In this document: piece by piece, positions 28,729 through 41,100 of the stretch | How the letters are laid out: each line of letters starts with the position of its first letter | How positions within the stretch are numbered: the stretch's first letter is position 1 | Origin: Tubiluchus corallicola | Lineage: Eukaryota; Animalia; Priapulida | Direction of reading: 5' to 3' | Length of the DNA stretch: 64,000 bases | Assembly: GCA_030141605.1 (NCBI GenBank) | Contig: JAQGDQ010002371.1 | Span: 62,001 to 126,000 of the forward strand | Translations under genes and position numbers: made by a program | The notes under the pieces: model-generated | Told to the model about the DNA's origin: nothing | Database searches by the model: none | What the model saw: only the letters and a program-made list of their open reading frames with translations

Positions 28729-30367
28729 GTTTAAATGTTATTAATTGCAGTTGGTTAACAATTCCTGACGACCTCATACATATGACAATATATCAAATAG
28801 ACATGATGAACTAATACGAAGAAATTGTCTAACTCTAACCCCATTTTATAATACTCAAATGAAATTCAACTCAAATTGAATGAATGGAAATTCACTCAAT
28901 TTAGTATTTCTTCATTACGTGAAGAAATTATGAACCCTTTTGAATGTTTGAAGAAGTTTTTGAACAACACAATTCAATTTATAAAGAAATATCTGTGAGC
29001 AGTTACCTGCTCCGAATCATGACACGTTTACTCACACATCGTTGGTTGTACATAAACTCCCATGCTTTTAGAGTCTGCCATGTTGGAATCACCATGTGAG
29101 CAAACTCTGAATATTAGGCCGGCCACAAAAAATGGCTTTTGTCTTACCTCATGAGCCCAGAAGAAGTCAGTAGGAAGAGAGGGGAAAATTTTTTTTAAAG
29201 CTTTGTGAATGTTTAAAGCTGAATTGTGGAATATTTAAAATCAGTTGAAATCAAAGTAGTTTATTTTCCACTTGTTAGCAGTAATGTTTTAAATTTTTTC
29301 GATACACATTTTTTACACGCTTTGTTTTTTAGTTTCGCATTACTAAATTATCGTATAATTATTAATTATTGCATAGTTTCTCTTTTGTATCATAAACGTG
29401 TATGTTCTGATAATTATGGTGCAAGTGGCAACACTGCTCGGCCGTTAATACACCAATTTGGCAGAAAATTCGATATTTTTAGACTCCAATACAATGCAAT
29501 CATACAAAATGACAGCCCTGGCCGAGAGTTAGCCGTGGAAAAACATGGCCGTGTCCTGCATTTTCCGAAAGAATGATGTTATAGTAATTAATGAGTTTTA
29601 CGTTTTGAATTAAAAATGCGCTTCTATATGACTGATTATGCGGAAACAGAAATACTTTTATTGTTGGCCTCAATGCACAACGAACAACAAACCACCTTTG
29701 GTTGGTGTTGTTACAGGTTCATGATTCCATGTGTTGTTTTCAGTACTGCAATGATTTTGCCAGGGCAGCACTATAATCATGCACAGTAAGAGAAAATACA
29801 GGCATTTCCCTTGTAAAAGGCTTTAAAAGCCACCTGGAAATCACATTTTAACATGCATGTTTGCAAGATAATTGTGGACAAAATCAGCAGCATGTTGTGG
29901 ATGAATATGAATGTGTGACACTCTGAACTAAGGCTGGTTATTTTAATCCTGTTTGCATCTGTCTTGTGATAGTTCATCGATGATTTTCTGTGTGTGTGAT
30001 TTGATTTGCTTGTGAAAAATTGTGTGATGTTAAAATGCAAAGGAAAGTAATGGTTAAACAGTTAGTGATTTTCTAAACAGTTACATCATTTAGTGGTCGG
30101 TTAAATGTTTAAACGATTAACCGTCTCAACCTCATTGAAGAATGAAATCTAGACTGGATTCATGAGAAAGAAGAAGCCTGCAAACACTGACTTTTCTGCA
30201 GAATGATACTAGTGCCTGTAGTTCTAAATGCCTATATGTTTTTGCTCTATAGATGAGTATGTGGTGTATATAGTGTGTCAAATTGTCATAATCATTGTAG
30301 GTAAAGTACATATGCCACAAAAAAGTAGTTTAGAGATTGAGTGTATGATGTTATAACCCTATTTTAG

Positions 30368-30447
30368 GTTCCTTACAGAACGGCTCCTAAAATTAAAGCC
30401 ATAATAAATATCAAAATGATGGGGCTAGCTGCAAAGATGAATTAAAG
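30368..30447 (+). other. ABCB6: Putative non-coding 5' UTR exon of ABCB6
   Basis: Flanked by ttttag| and aag|gtgagt consensus splice sites ~1.7 kb upstream of the start codon; contains a short ATG..TAA uORF. Inferred from splice signals only. Confidence 0.45.
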
Positions 30448-30544
30448 GTGAGTTGAATTAACAATCTCTGTAATCTGTATTTATAAGATTACGTAAGCTG
30501 TATAGCTTGTTTTTTACTATAAATTTTAGTTATCATTAATTGGA

Positions 30545-31520
30545 ATGCAGGTAAAAATGGCACAAATAAAAGTGACGCGAGAAAATTGGCATGGTAAAAA
30601 CAGTGCAGGTAAAATAGTAAAGGTAAAATCGCACTTTAAAAACATGCCACAGGAAAAAATGGCATACTTGGTAAAATATGAATTTAGGGTTAGTGTTACT
30701 GCGGGAAGTCATCCTTCAATGCAGCTTGTTTGTTTCATGGTAAGAATGGCACAGGAAAAAATGGTACACTTAGTAAGTAAAATATGAGTTTAGGCTAGGG
30801 TTGCTGTGGAAAGTTATGCTTCAACACAGTTTCTTTGTTTGTTTGCTGTTTTTTGTCTGTTATAGCAGTAAGCCTGTTATGCAATAACCACCTAATGGAT
30901 TTCCATGAAACTTTGTAGAGAGGGTGGCTATAGGGTGCGAAAATCTGCATTTCATTGTCCGTTTTTTTGCTAAACTTGACCGAACACCAGATACAAAAAG
31001 CATTTTGTGAAGCACTTTGCAGAGGTCCCAGAGATAGTGTTTAATACTTTTTATTATCTCCACCAAAACAATAAACTACGAGTTAGTTCTAAGTTCCATT
31101 TTGAGAAATTCTCGCTTGGAAAACTGTGTAATCCTGTTCTATAACCTTTGCTTATTACACTGCTATCTAATTGCTTATTAAACTGTTTGCTTATCTAAAC
31201 GTTATGAGCTGACTTGGTATCTAAATACGTATATATGTCAGTCTATTAGGAAAGCAAAATTAATGGTTAAAGAAAAGTAGATAAACACTAGGTGGAATAT
31301 ATAATACTGATACAGGTACATTTTTGCATGTTTGCTTTTTATTTTTGTTTTATGTTTTTTTAATCTAAAGAATCAAATGAATGAGTTTAAGATTAGTCGA
31401 CTTTGACAGAGGTCTGCTTCCTATTGAGTGCATTCTAGCTTTATTGTAGAAATCAGTTGCGTCAAAATAACATGTGCCATTTTAACATGCAATTTTTTCT
31501 TGTGCCATTTTTACTGCACA
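30545..31520. mobile_element. Second copy of the AAAATGGCACAGG-repeat element family
   Basis: Colinear similarity with 1-845 (e.g. TTTTTGTCTGTTAT.GCAGTAAGCCTGTTA, CAAAATTAATGGTTAAA, TCAAAATAACATGTGCCATTTT). Confidence 0.7.
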
Positions 31521-31827
31521 ATCATTTGTTGTACTGTGGCTGTACACACTGTTTTACTCTGCAGTTTTTTTCTGGTGCATGTGTGCACTTGCTAGTTTTC
31601 AATCTGAAATGTAATTAAAGGTTAAAATTTTGTGCATTTTTTAGTCGTCGCACTGGTAAAATTTTAGGTTGTAGCAATATGCAATTAGCAAGTTGCTGGA
31701 ATAACCTGACTTTAGGTGATGTGATCTTGACTCATTTAAATGAATGTTAGATCGTGACACTTGCTGGTTGTGTTTTTTTCTAATTAATTTTTAGTAAAAT
31801 GTTGTAATATTCCAAAATATATTTTAT

Positions 31828-32086
31828 TGAGTTTAGTTTGTTTAACATTAGGCCCTGTTGAAGTTGCAAATTGAAGTAAACTATCATTCTTACAGAGTAT
31901 TAAACTACAAGTCTGGTGAGTTTAGTGTGTTAAGATTAGGTCCAGTTGAAGTTACAAATTGAAGTTAACTATTTTTCTTACAGAGTAGTAAACTACATGA
32001 GTTTAGTTTGTTTAATGTTATGCCCTGTTGAAGTTGCAAATTAAAATTAATTATCTTTCTTACAGAGTATTAAGCTACAAGTCTGC
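31828..32086. repeat. Three ~81-89 bp tandem repeats, each carrying a 3' splice acceptor
   Basis: Units start TGAGTTTAGT at 31828, 31917 and 31998; each contains TTCTTACAG|AGTA. Confidence 0.88.
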
Positions 32087-32159
32087 CATGCTCTAATAGC
32101 CAATTAAAAGATGCTGAGTTTAACATTTTATTGATTGGAATTGCAACTGGTGAATAAGA

Positions 32160-35100
32160 ATGGAAGACCCTACTAGCTATTGTCCACCTAACATTACTTT
32201 GAGAGTTGTATGGGATCATGGACTCAATCAGTGCTTTTTAGAGACTGTTGAATCAGCCATCCTTTTTGGCATTATTTTCATTTTTGGAGGTATTACCTTT
32301 TTGAGTTTGTTTTCTCTTTTATAGAATTATTTTTCTTGTTGTTATTGTTGTTGTATTTCTCATGATCAACCTAACTGATTGCATTATTATTTTAAAGTTT
32401 TGCCATGCAATATTATCAGCCTAACGTGTTTCTTAAAAAAAATGACTTTTGGGCTGAAGTCATTCTTTTTTCTTTGTTGTAAGTAGACAGAATAACATAA
32501 TTGATGCTTAAGCTTTTTGTAAAATGCAAACAAATGAAGCAGTTAATTCAAACGTGTGTTTCTTAAATGGAATGTAAATTTTGACCATTTTTTGTAATTC
32601 TGTACGATACATAAGTGTACATTATATTTTAGGAGCACAATTGTACTTTTATCACAAATATTCTAATCTCATTGATCCCAGAATACGACCAAAAAGCTTT
32701 TTCTTCAGTCTACAGGTAACTTGAAGCTTTTTTTTCAGTAGTTTGTGTCTTAACACATTTTGCAACTGGTGAAATTCTAAGTATAGTGTGCAAATTTCAG
32801 AAAACCCTTGCTTTTTGATCAGTTCAGTGTAAATTAATATTATATAGCTTACTATAAGATCCTGTGTAAGTAAATCACTAATATGTTGTTAAGAAGTCAA
32901 ATTCAGGATACTAAATTTTCAGCACTCTAGAAAATGCCAACAGTAAGATAAGTTCTGCAACTTCTATTGGTAAAATAGCAGTGTATTCTAACCTGATATT
33001 ATGTTAAGTTGCTTAGCTTTTTTTCAAATTTAAAACCCTGCTAATGTCACATATTGTACATAAACTTTTTTGAAATTTTTATTTTTGAAATGTGATACTT
33101 GAGTTTTTATTGTATTTTTTTGTTTAGTTATTTCTGACAGTTCTTCTTGCTCTAGAAGCAGTGGTGCATTTGATTTTGTATGGAACAGTATTAGGTAAGG
33201 TATATTTGTGTTAATTAATTAAGCATAACTAAGAAACGATGACTAATAATATCTTCATCATTTCTAAGAAATCAATCAAAAATCAATTTGAACTTGTAAA
33301 GTAGCCAAAGAGGTGTTGGCTAAGCTGATTTTAATTATACCTGATTTGATACCTGTCCAGTCTGGTAGTTTGCTTTTTACTTTGCTGTGTTAAAACTATT
33401 TTCGTTGAAGTGGTGAGCAACTTGAAAATTTAAAGAATTATTGCACAGTGGTAGATTGCAACAATGCATTCTGAAAGAGAGCTATAGAGTCGATCTCATA
33501 GTCCTGTTGCTTATATATTTCTTTGTGTTTTCTGAAGGTGATAAGCATATTTATGGATTTATGATTTTGAGTTCCATATTCTACCTGGCTGCATATTCCA
33601 TTTCTCTTGCACTGATAATCGTAGAACGACGGCGCATGCTGCCAACCGTTCCCACCAGAGGACATGGCATGATCTTGCTGATATTCTGGATGCTTGCTTT
33701 GATCAAATCAAATTTAAGCTTTCTTAATTGGTTTAGCGAAGAATGGTGGTTCAAGCAACGCACGTAAGTAAGCCGACAGCTACAGCAAATTTTTTGTTCA
33801 GAATCCTGTGGTTTATAAGTTTTAATTGGTAAACTGATTAACAAGAAAGTAAATATTTAGTGCATTTTGAAAAGATGAAGAGAAATTCTATGTCATTGCA
33901 GAAGCATTGATTCTTTTCTCTGAAATTAATTGCTTTCTCTGCTTTTAATTGAAAGTAATAGTAATTAACTAATATAGTACAATGGAGTTGGAAAAAACAG
34001 TATAATACTCCAAGGTGTACTACGTTGTCGTATACAGTGCTGTAGTATCACTGTATTTCTTAACAAAGATGCGTCGTGAAATTAATACTTTAACAAATGA
34101 TAAATCATGTTTTCTATTATTAGGTACATTTGTAACATGGAGCATTTGTTTAATTTTGATTAGTCACTTTCATTAAAGTTTATATAGTTTAATTTTTGCT
34201 GACAAAAGGTAACATATTGTCCTTTTTTTATAGAAAGTCAGATAATATAGAGACTGCTTTATTCGTCATAAGGTATATCTCTACTGCACTTTTGTTTATC
34301 ATTGGCCTTGCAGCCCCAGGCTTACCAAGTAAGCGAACTTGGTATGCAATGCTAAGCAGAGATGTTTCAAATATAGAGGAGAACAAGGTATTTTGTTTTT
34401 TGTATATTGCTGTAAGTATAATTTGAATCGGAGTAACTTCAAATAGAATTTGCTAAAAGGTTTGCTGTTGGTGATTTGATATGTATTTCAAAGCATTAAA
34501 TGAGAATTTTAAAACTTTTTTCCATCATTTAATTGTGTTGTAATTGAAGGATTGTGATCGGGTGCTGACATAATTTAATTTTTTTTGTTAAATGAGGAAC
34601 ATAAAAGTCATAACCTCATACTTGTTGATTCACAGTTTTTGAGAAGCTAGAATCTGAAAACATATTTGTATTTGTTCTAATCATTTGTTTTTTAATGCTA
34701 AGGTTATTCTCTTCGTTTGGGACAAAAACACGAAAAATAATGCTATCATTATGTATTGAAATAATAAGGAAATGTTTTCCTTGGCACATTTATAGTTTTT
34801 GTTGTTTATTTAGCCATTAACAGAAGAAACGCCACTTAGAGGAGCACATACTAATACTAGTCAGTCTACATGGACAAATGTCTGGGAAAAGACGAAGCTG
34901 ATATGGCCTTTTGTATTTCCAAAGAAGAGTCTTATGCTACAACTGCGAGTTGTATTTTGTTTTTTCATCATTGCAGCTGTGCGGGGCCTGAATGTACTTG
35001 TACCTGTGTATAATAAACTAATAGGTTTGTTATTCAATTTTTTTGTTAAAATAACGAAAATAATTGGAATTATGATAGATAAATGTGACAGTAAGTATTG

Positions 35101-38100
35101 AAGCACAAGTACTTTTTGCTACAGTAGGCTATGTACAAGTACCAGGCCATTCGAAAACTGTTTGTGTACAAGTACTTGAGTATAGGAAAGTACCAAGTAT
35201 ATAAATAAACAATACTAATATTGATTTACCAATTAAAGTTATTTCTAACATTAATGGTTTTAAACCTTCACTAAAAGCTTGATAATGTTTATAACTGTGT
35301 TGATTTATGTAGATTATTATAGTTTTTGTAAAGTACACTGGAAGATGATTATAGTTAGAGTGCTTTACTGTATGTTTTATTTTTTGTGTTGTACAAAATA
35401 TGTATTTTATCATTTTAATGGATGACTGATGTAATACAGAGTTTGATTTAGTTAATTTGCTCGCCTTTTTAAGTTCCTCAGTGTTTTAAAATTTTCTTGT
35501 TTTTTGTTGTTAGTTTTCTTAAAGCATGTTGCTGAAGACCACATGTTAATTATTTAAATTATTAAGTTTTTTATTACATTATAGTTGATAGTTTAACCGG
35601 AGTTGATTTGGAGTTTAAATGGGACTACATTTTGATTTATGTTGTACTTCGACTGCTTCAGGGAGGAGGAACAGGTAAAAATATTGTTAATACTTTAATG
35701 TTATATTATGTAGTTGTTCGAACGCAAGTTTTGAATATGAGTTAAAGTGTACATGCCATACACTATGGTGTATGTTTGCTAGGTGATTATTAACAGATAA
35801 GTGCTTAAAAATTGTAAGGCTAATGTGTGAATGTTCAAAATTTTGGCAATATGGCGTGAAGTGCCAGCACCCACAGATGCGTGATTGTTTTTGAAACTTT
35901 TACTTCAGTAAACCATTAATTTTGGTATAAACAGTTTTTACCTTTATTGCTAAACAAAGAGTAACAATTTTGCTGCTGCATTAGTCACTTTAAAAAGCCC
36001 ACATGCTTACCAGAATTCAATTACCACACTTTTTGCCCAAATTGGGTATCGTGTCCCACCTCATTTGACTGTGTAAGACTGACTTTTTTTATCATTCATG
36101 ATTACAGGTTCTATGGGGTTGTTGAACAACTTGAATACGTATTTGTGGATTCGTGTTCAACAGTATACAGCTAGGGAAATACAAGTAGATCTCTATAAAC
36201 ATTTACACGGGTTTGTATTCTCAACAGTTTTTTCATAGTGCTTTCTTGCACACAAAAGCATGTGAAGATGTGCCTGCTATAAGTGAATTTAGGGCAGCTG
36301 AAAATGAAAAAAGATTTAGTGCTGTTAAGCTAATAAATGTAATGTAGAAAGTGTGCAGGGTTGCTTGAAAATTTGTGGTGTGCATTGACATACTGATACC
36401 GACGACTAGATAGCCAGACGTGTTTCATCGGCAGTCTGTTTTCTAATTAAACAACATAAGAGATACAAAACCCAGAGAAATTATTACAATAGTGCTTTAT
36501 GATTAATGGTGATTGATTTTTGCAGTAGTTTTTATGTAATTTTTCCAAAGCTATATTTTTTTGATAGGTTATCACTAAGATGGCATTTAGGAAGAAAGAC
36601 TGGAGAGGTACTCAGAGTGATGGATAGAGGCACAACAAGCATAAACACTTTGCTCAAGTATCATATTTATTACTGTCTGTTACTAACTATCATTATTAAA
36701 TGTTTGCAAAACATGGAGTTGCCACAATTAACAAATAATAACCTTTTCAATTATAGTGAGTAATACTTTGAAATTTAAAGTGCAAATGCCTGAACATTCT
36801 ACCTTCTCTGGGTTGCTATGATGATTATTTTGATTTAGTCCTTATACTGCTTAAAGTGTTTTTGATGAGACTTTTGCAAGTCTACGTTATTTTAGGTAGT
36901 AATTTATTATATAGGTTATGTGGACATATTGTTTCCGCAGCTAGTGCTTTAACTTTATTATCTTTTGTCAATTTATACATCAGTTGAAAGACTTTAATAT
37001 ATTTATTATTAATGATTTAAAGAATTATTTTTAACAAATGCTTGCTAGAAGGGCAAGAAGTAAAAAACTCTTAATCTTGAAGTAATGAGAATGCATATGG
37101 GTCTGGGTCCAATAACAGTTGGATTGTTCGTTTATTAGTGAGCATTACAGGCCTATTGACGTTTTATAGACTGACACCAGCCAGTTAATTTTTTTGCACA
37201 ATTTTGTTTGTTTGAATAAGTACACAAATTTATTTTTATTTACATGTTTTCAATATTGTGTTTTTCAATTATGCACTATTCAACATAATAGCTAAAGCAT
37301 TTAGTGGATTTTTTTAAGTAGGTATAGTGATTCGAAACAAATTTTGTTGTTTCCGATATTGTTTTGCAATCATGATTATTGTGATTAATTCCTACAAATG
37401 TCATATTTTTTTGTTTTCAGCTATATTATATTTAACATCATACCAACAATAGTAGATATTATAGTTGCAATTGTTTACTTCGCAACTACTTTCAACTTGT
37501 GGTTTGGCCTCATTGTTTTCCTGACAATGATGCTCTATTTAGGTATGTATTATGTACCTGATATGTATGTATTATGTATTAAATAATACATACCTTACTT
37601 TAACTTTTGTTAGTTCAGTGGAAGGAAAGTATAGGTCGAATTTTTCAGGCTTTTCGGTTTGTTGCACTGACATTTGCTTGTCACTGAACAAGAACATTTG
37701 ATGATGCTGACATCAGTAACGGAACTTTCCTATGGTATATTATCTCACGGACATTATGTCTTCTAATGACAAGGAAGATCTTTTTTCACACGGCTAAGTG
37801 GTTTGAAAATGTTTTGCGTATCCGCACGGTCACTGGCTATTTGTTAGACGACATGTTGTGTGCATTGCTAACATCATGCCATTCAAATGATTTTAGTCTG
37901 AAACAGTTTGAAAATGGTTCCAAATTACCTCCCAAAATGGTTCCAAACCAGTTTTGTGCCCCAACACTGTCGTGTGAACACTCAAACCAACTTTTTTAAA
38001 ATGGTCTACATTTGCTGTTTTGAAAGGTATGCATATTATGAAGCTGCTTTGTTAAATACTATAGGATACAAATCTTTTTGTTTATCCTCATGTATGATAG

Positions 38101-41100
38101 ATGTCAAGAGAGTATTGTTTTGTGTATGAGACTGAAATTACACTCTACATTTTTATCTGTTAATTTCAAAATTGCATATTGCATTCAGATTTTTTATGAT
38201 AGAGATTTAATTTGATGTTAAGGTTAATTTGGTTTATTATTTATTACAGTGTTTACAATACTCGTCACAGAGTGGCGCACGAAATTCAGACGTCGAATGA
38301 ATTTACTTGATAATGAAACCAGAGCAAAAGGAGTTGATTCACTATTAAATTTTGAAACGGTATGCAGATTTCTAAATACGCATTTAAATATACAGATACC
38401 CATAGACATAGACATAGGCATGTTTATTTATCTCTTATAGTGCACATTTACATGAAATACATAGCTGATTAATCATATAAAATTTACATGAAAATAAGAG
38501 GAAGAATATATATTAATAAGTGATTACATGGGTGCAAGAGAAAGGGTAGCAAAATTAAAGGAAAAAGGGTACAATAACTAGTACCTGGTATATAGATAGC
38601 CTAGATATATAGTATATAATAAATAGAATATAGTTCCCCAGAAAGTCAGGTTTTTGCATAATATAAATTTGCATTTTCAACACAACTCATAACTTCTAAG
38701 CATTAATTTGTGTTGCTTAGGATTCTCCTGAACAGGTTTCCTTTTCTAACTTTGTTTTGCTTGTGTGTTTAGGTGAAGTATTATGGAGCAGAAGATTATG
38801 AAGTACAGCGTTACCGAGCAGCTATACTTAAATTTCAGGAAGCTGAGTACATATCCACAGCTTCTCTCAACCTACTCAATATGGTGCAAAGTTTTACGAT
38901 AAATGCTGGGCTGTTAGCTGGTTCTTTGTACTGTGCCTGGTTGGTCGTTGGTGGAAAAGGATTGACTGTTGGTGATTATGTGCTGTTTTCAACTTATCTG
39001 ATTCAACTGTATGTTCCACTGAATTGGTTTGGCACATATTACAGGTAGGACTGTTACTAATGTTCATTAATTGGAATCTTAGAGTGTAAGCTGATTTAGA
39101 AATTAGTGTCAGTTGATCATGAGAACTCAAAAACTGGCTGCATATATAAAAAAATTTCTACTGTTTGAAAATGTGATTTTAAGAGAGATCTAATTATGGT
39201 CAAGATGCAATTTTTTTAATCAGTTTAATCAATTGAAAGTTAATCTAATGAAATAGTGCAATGAAAAATGATCTTGAACATTTCTTTTGTTCACTAGGCG
39301 CCGTTTATTAGACTCACGGTTAATAGACTCAGTCGCCTAATTGACTCAAAAACGTCTGGTATCGGCCGCTCCTATTCAAATGTATATAAAAACTGTCGAT
39401 AATTGACTCAATTTTTCCTTCACATACTTAAAATAAGACACTTGTGTATGCCCAAAGATCTTTTACTGCTTTTATGTCAACTTTACGTCAATTTTGTGCA
39501 TTATTAATATACATAGAAACAGTTATGTTAGGTACAGTTTTTGTTTGTAAGCAGGCTCAGTATGTTTATCATATGCGTTAATGGTTTTGCTTTGAATCTG
39601 ACACCCCCTCATCCACCTGCAGTTAACCTTGTTGGTTCTGGAAGCTAAACATTTAATCAGTTGTCCAGCAGTTTGCTTTTGAAGTTCCTACTGCTTTTCA
39701 CAGGGGAAACAAGGTCATTGCCTACTGTAGTTCAAGCACTAAGTGACTAGGTGGCTTGCTTGAATATGTGCAGTATACAGCAACAGATTTTCAATGTTTT
39801 CATCATTATGAAATTTTATAAACTTCTGCGTGAAGAAGTGAAGCAACAAACCTTGAATATTCGTAATATTTAGTGGTAATAATCAGATTACCGAGATTTT
39901 TTATTTTCTTTTTTATAAATTCACTTATGCACATAGTGTTCTTAAATAATTGCACATCAATAGGAATTTTGACATTAATTCATTTCGAACATTCATTTAA
40001 AGCCTTTCCAATGCATACTATGGTGATGCCTGATTACTCATACTTCTATAGTAATAGGCTACACCCTTTCTAATTGAATTAATCAGTTAGTTGGGTCAAA
40101 ACACTTCCATCCCAAAGTGAGTCTATTAAAATGTAAAATGTTTATAAAACTTTTTTTGTTCTCCTACAGCACAAACATTGAACAAACTCACTTATCCAAA
40201 TACGTAAAATCCCAGATCCTTTGTTGGAACGCAAATTGCACTAAATTATAACTTGTGAAATTACTAGCAGCTAGCAGATTGAATGAACTTTTTCATGTGA
40301 ACAATGTAAGCCAAATTATATTAGCTAGCAGAAAGTATTTGAATTTTATGAGGCTAGGTAAATAAATATTTTGCGGAATTATACCTTCCAGTCATCCCAG
40401 CAAAATTTGAACAAAAAGTTTTTGGATAAAGTAGCAGAGGTACAAGAGTGCACATTTCACACGTATTTGATTATCATTTCTTTAGATGCAAGTGCTTTAT
40501 GTATTGTTTGTATTTATTTTTGGTATTTATGGTATTTTATTAAGTTACCAAAACTCATTTTTCAACAGGATGATACAGCAGTCCTTTATTGATATGGAGA
40601 ACATGTTTGATTTACTAAACCAGAAACAGGAAGTGCAAGACACACCTGATGCCTTAGACTTGCGTGTATCTAGTGGAAAAATAGAATTTAAAGATGTCTG
40701 CTTTCAATATGATGACAGGTCTGCAAGTTTTTACATATTGATGTTCAGCTAACAGAAAGTATTTGAATTTATAGGTTATAGGTTCTAGTGCTCTAGGTTA
40801 TTGTAGCTGCTACAAAACAAAATAAATTCAAATTGCTTTTGAATGCACACATTTGTTTAAATTCAAATATTTTTTTGATAATATGAAGTAGTTAGAAAAA
40901 ATTTAGAGTAAGTTTTCACATTAAATATCACATTGACACAGCGAGTTAAGTAAATTGTATTTAAGTGGCAATCAAGATTTACAACAAACTAACACTTCCA
41001 GAAAACAGCTTTTGAATATGAATATTTGAGCCTTCAAGAAGATGCAGTGTTGCTATAACATATGTACTTCCCACTCTTCCACTTTGGTTGTCATCCAGTT

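Noticed and set aside
31581-31587. Metal response element (TGCACAC, minus strand) near ABCB6
   Set aside because: A single 7-mer is expected by chance; no cluster seen.
36658-36668. ABCB6 donor GTATCAT as a possible U12 intron
   Set aside because: It does not match GTATCCTT and no U12 branch site is evident.
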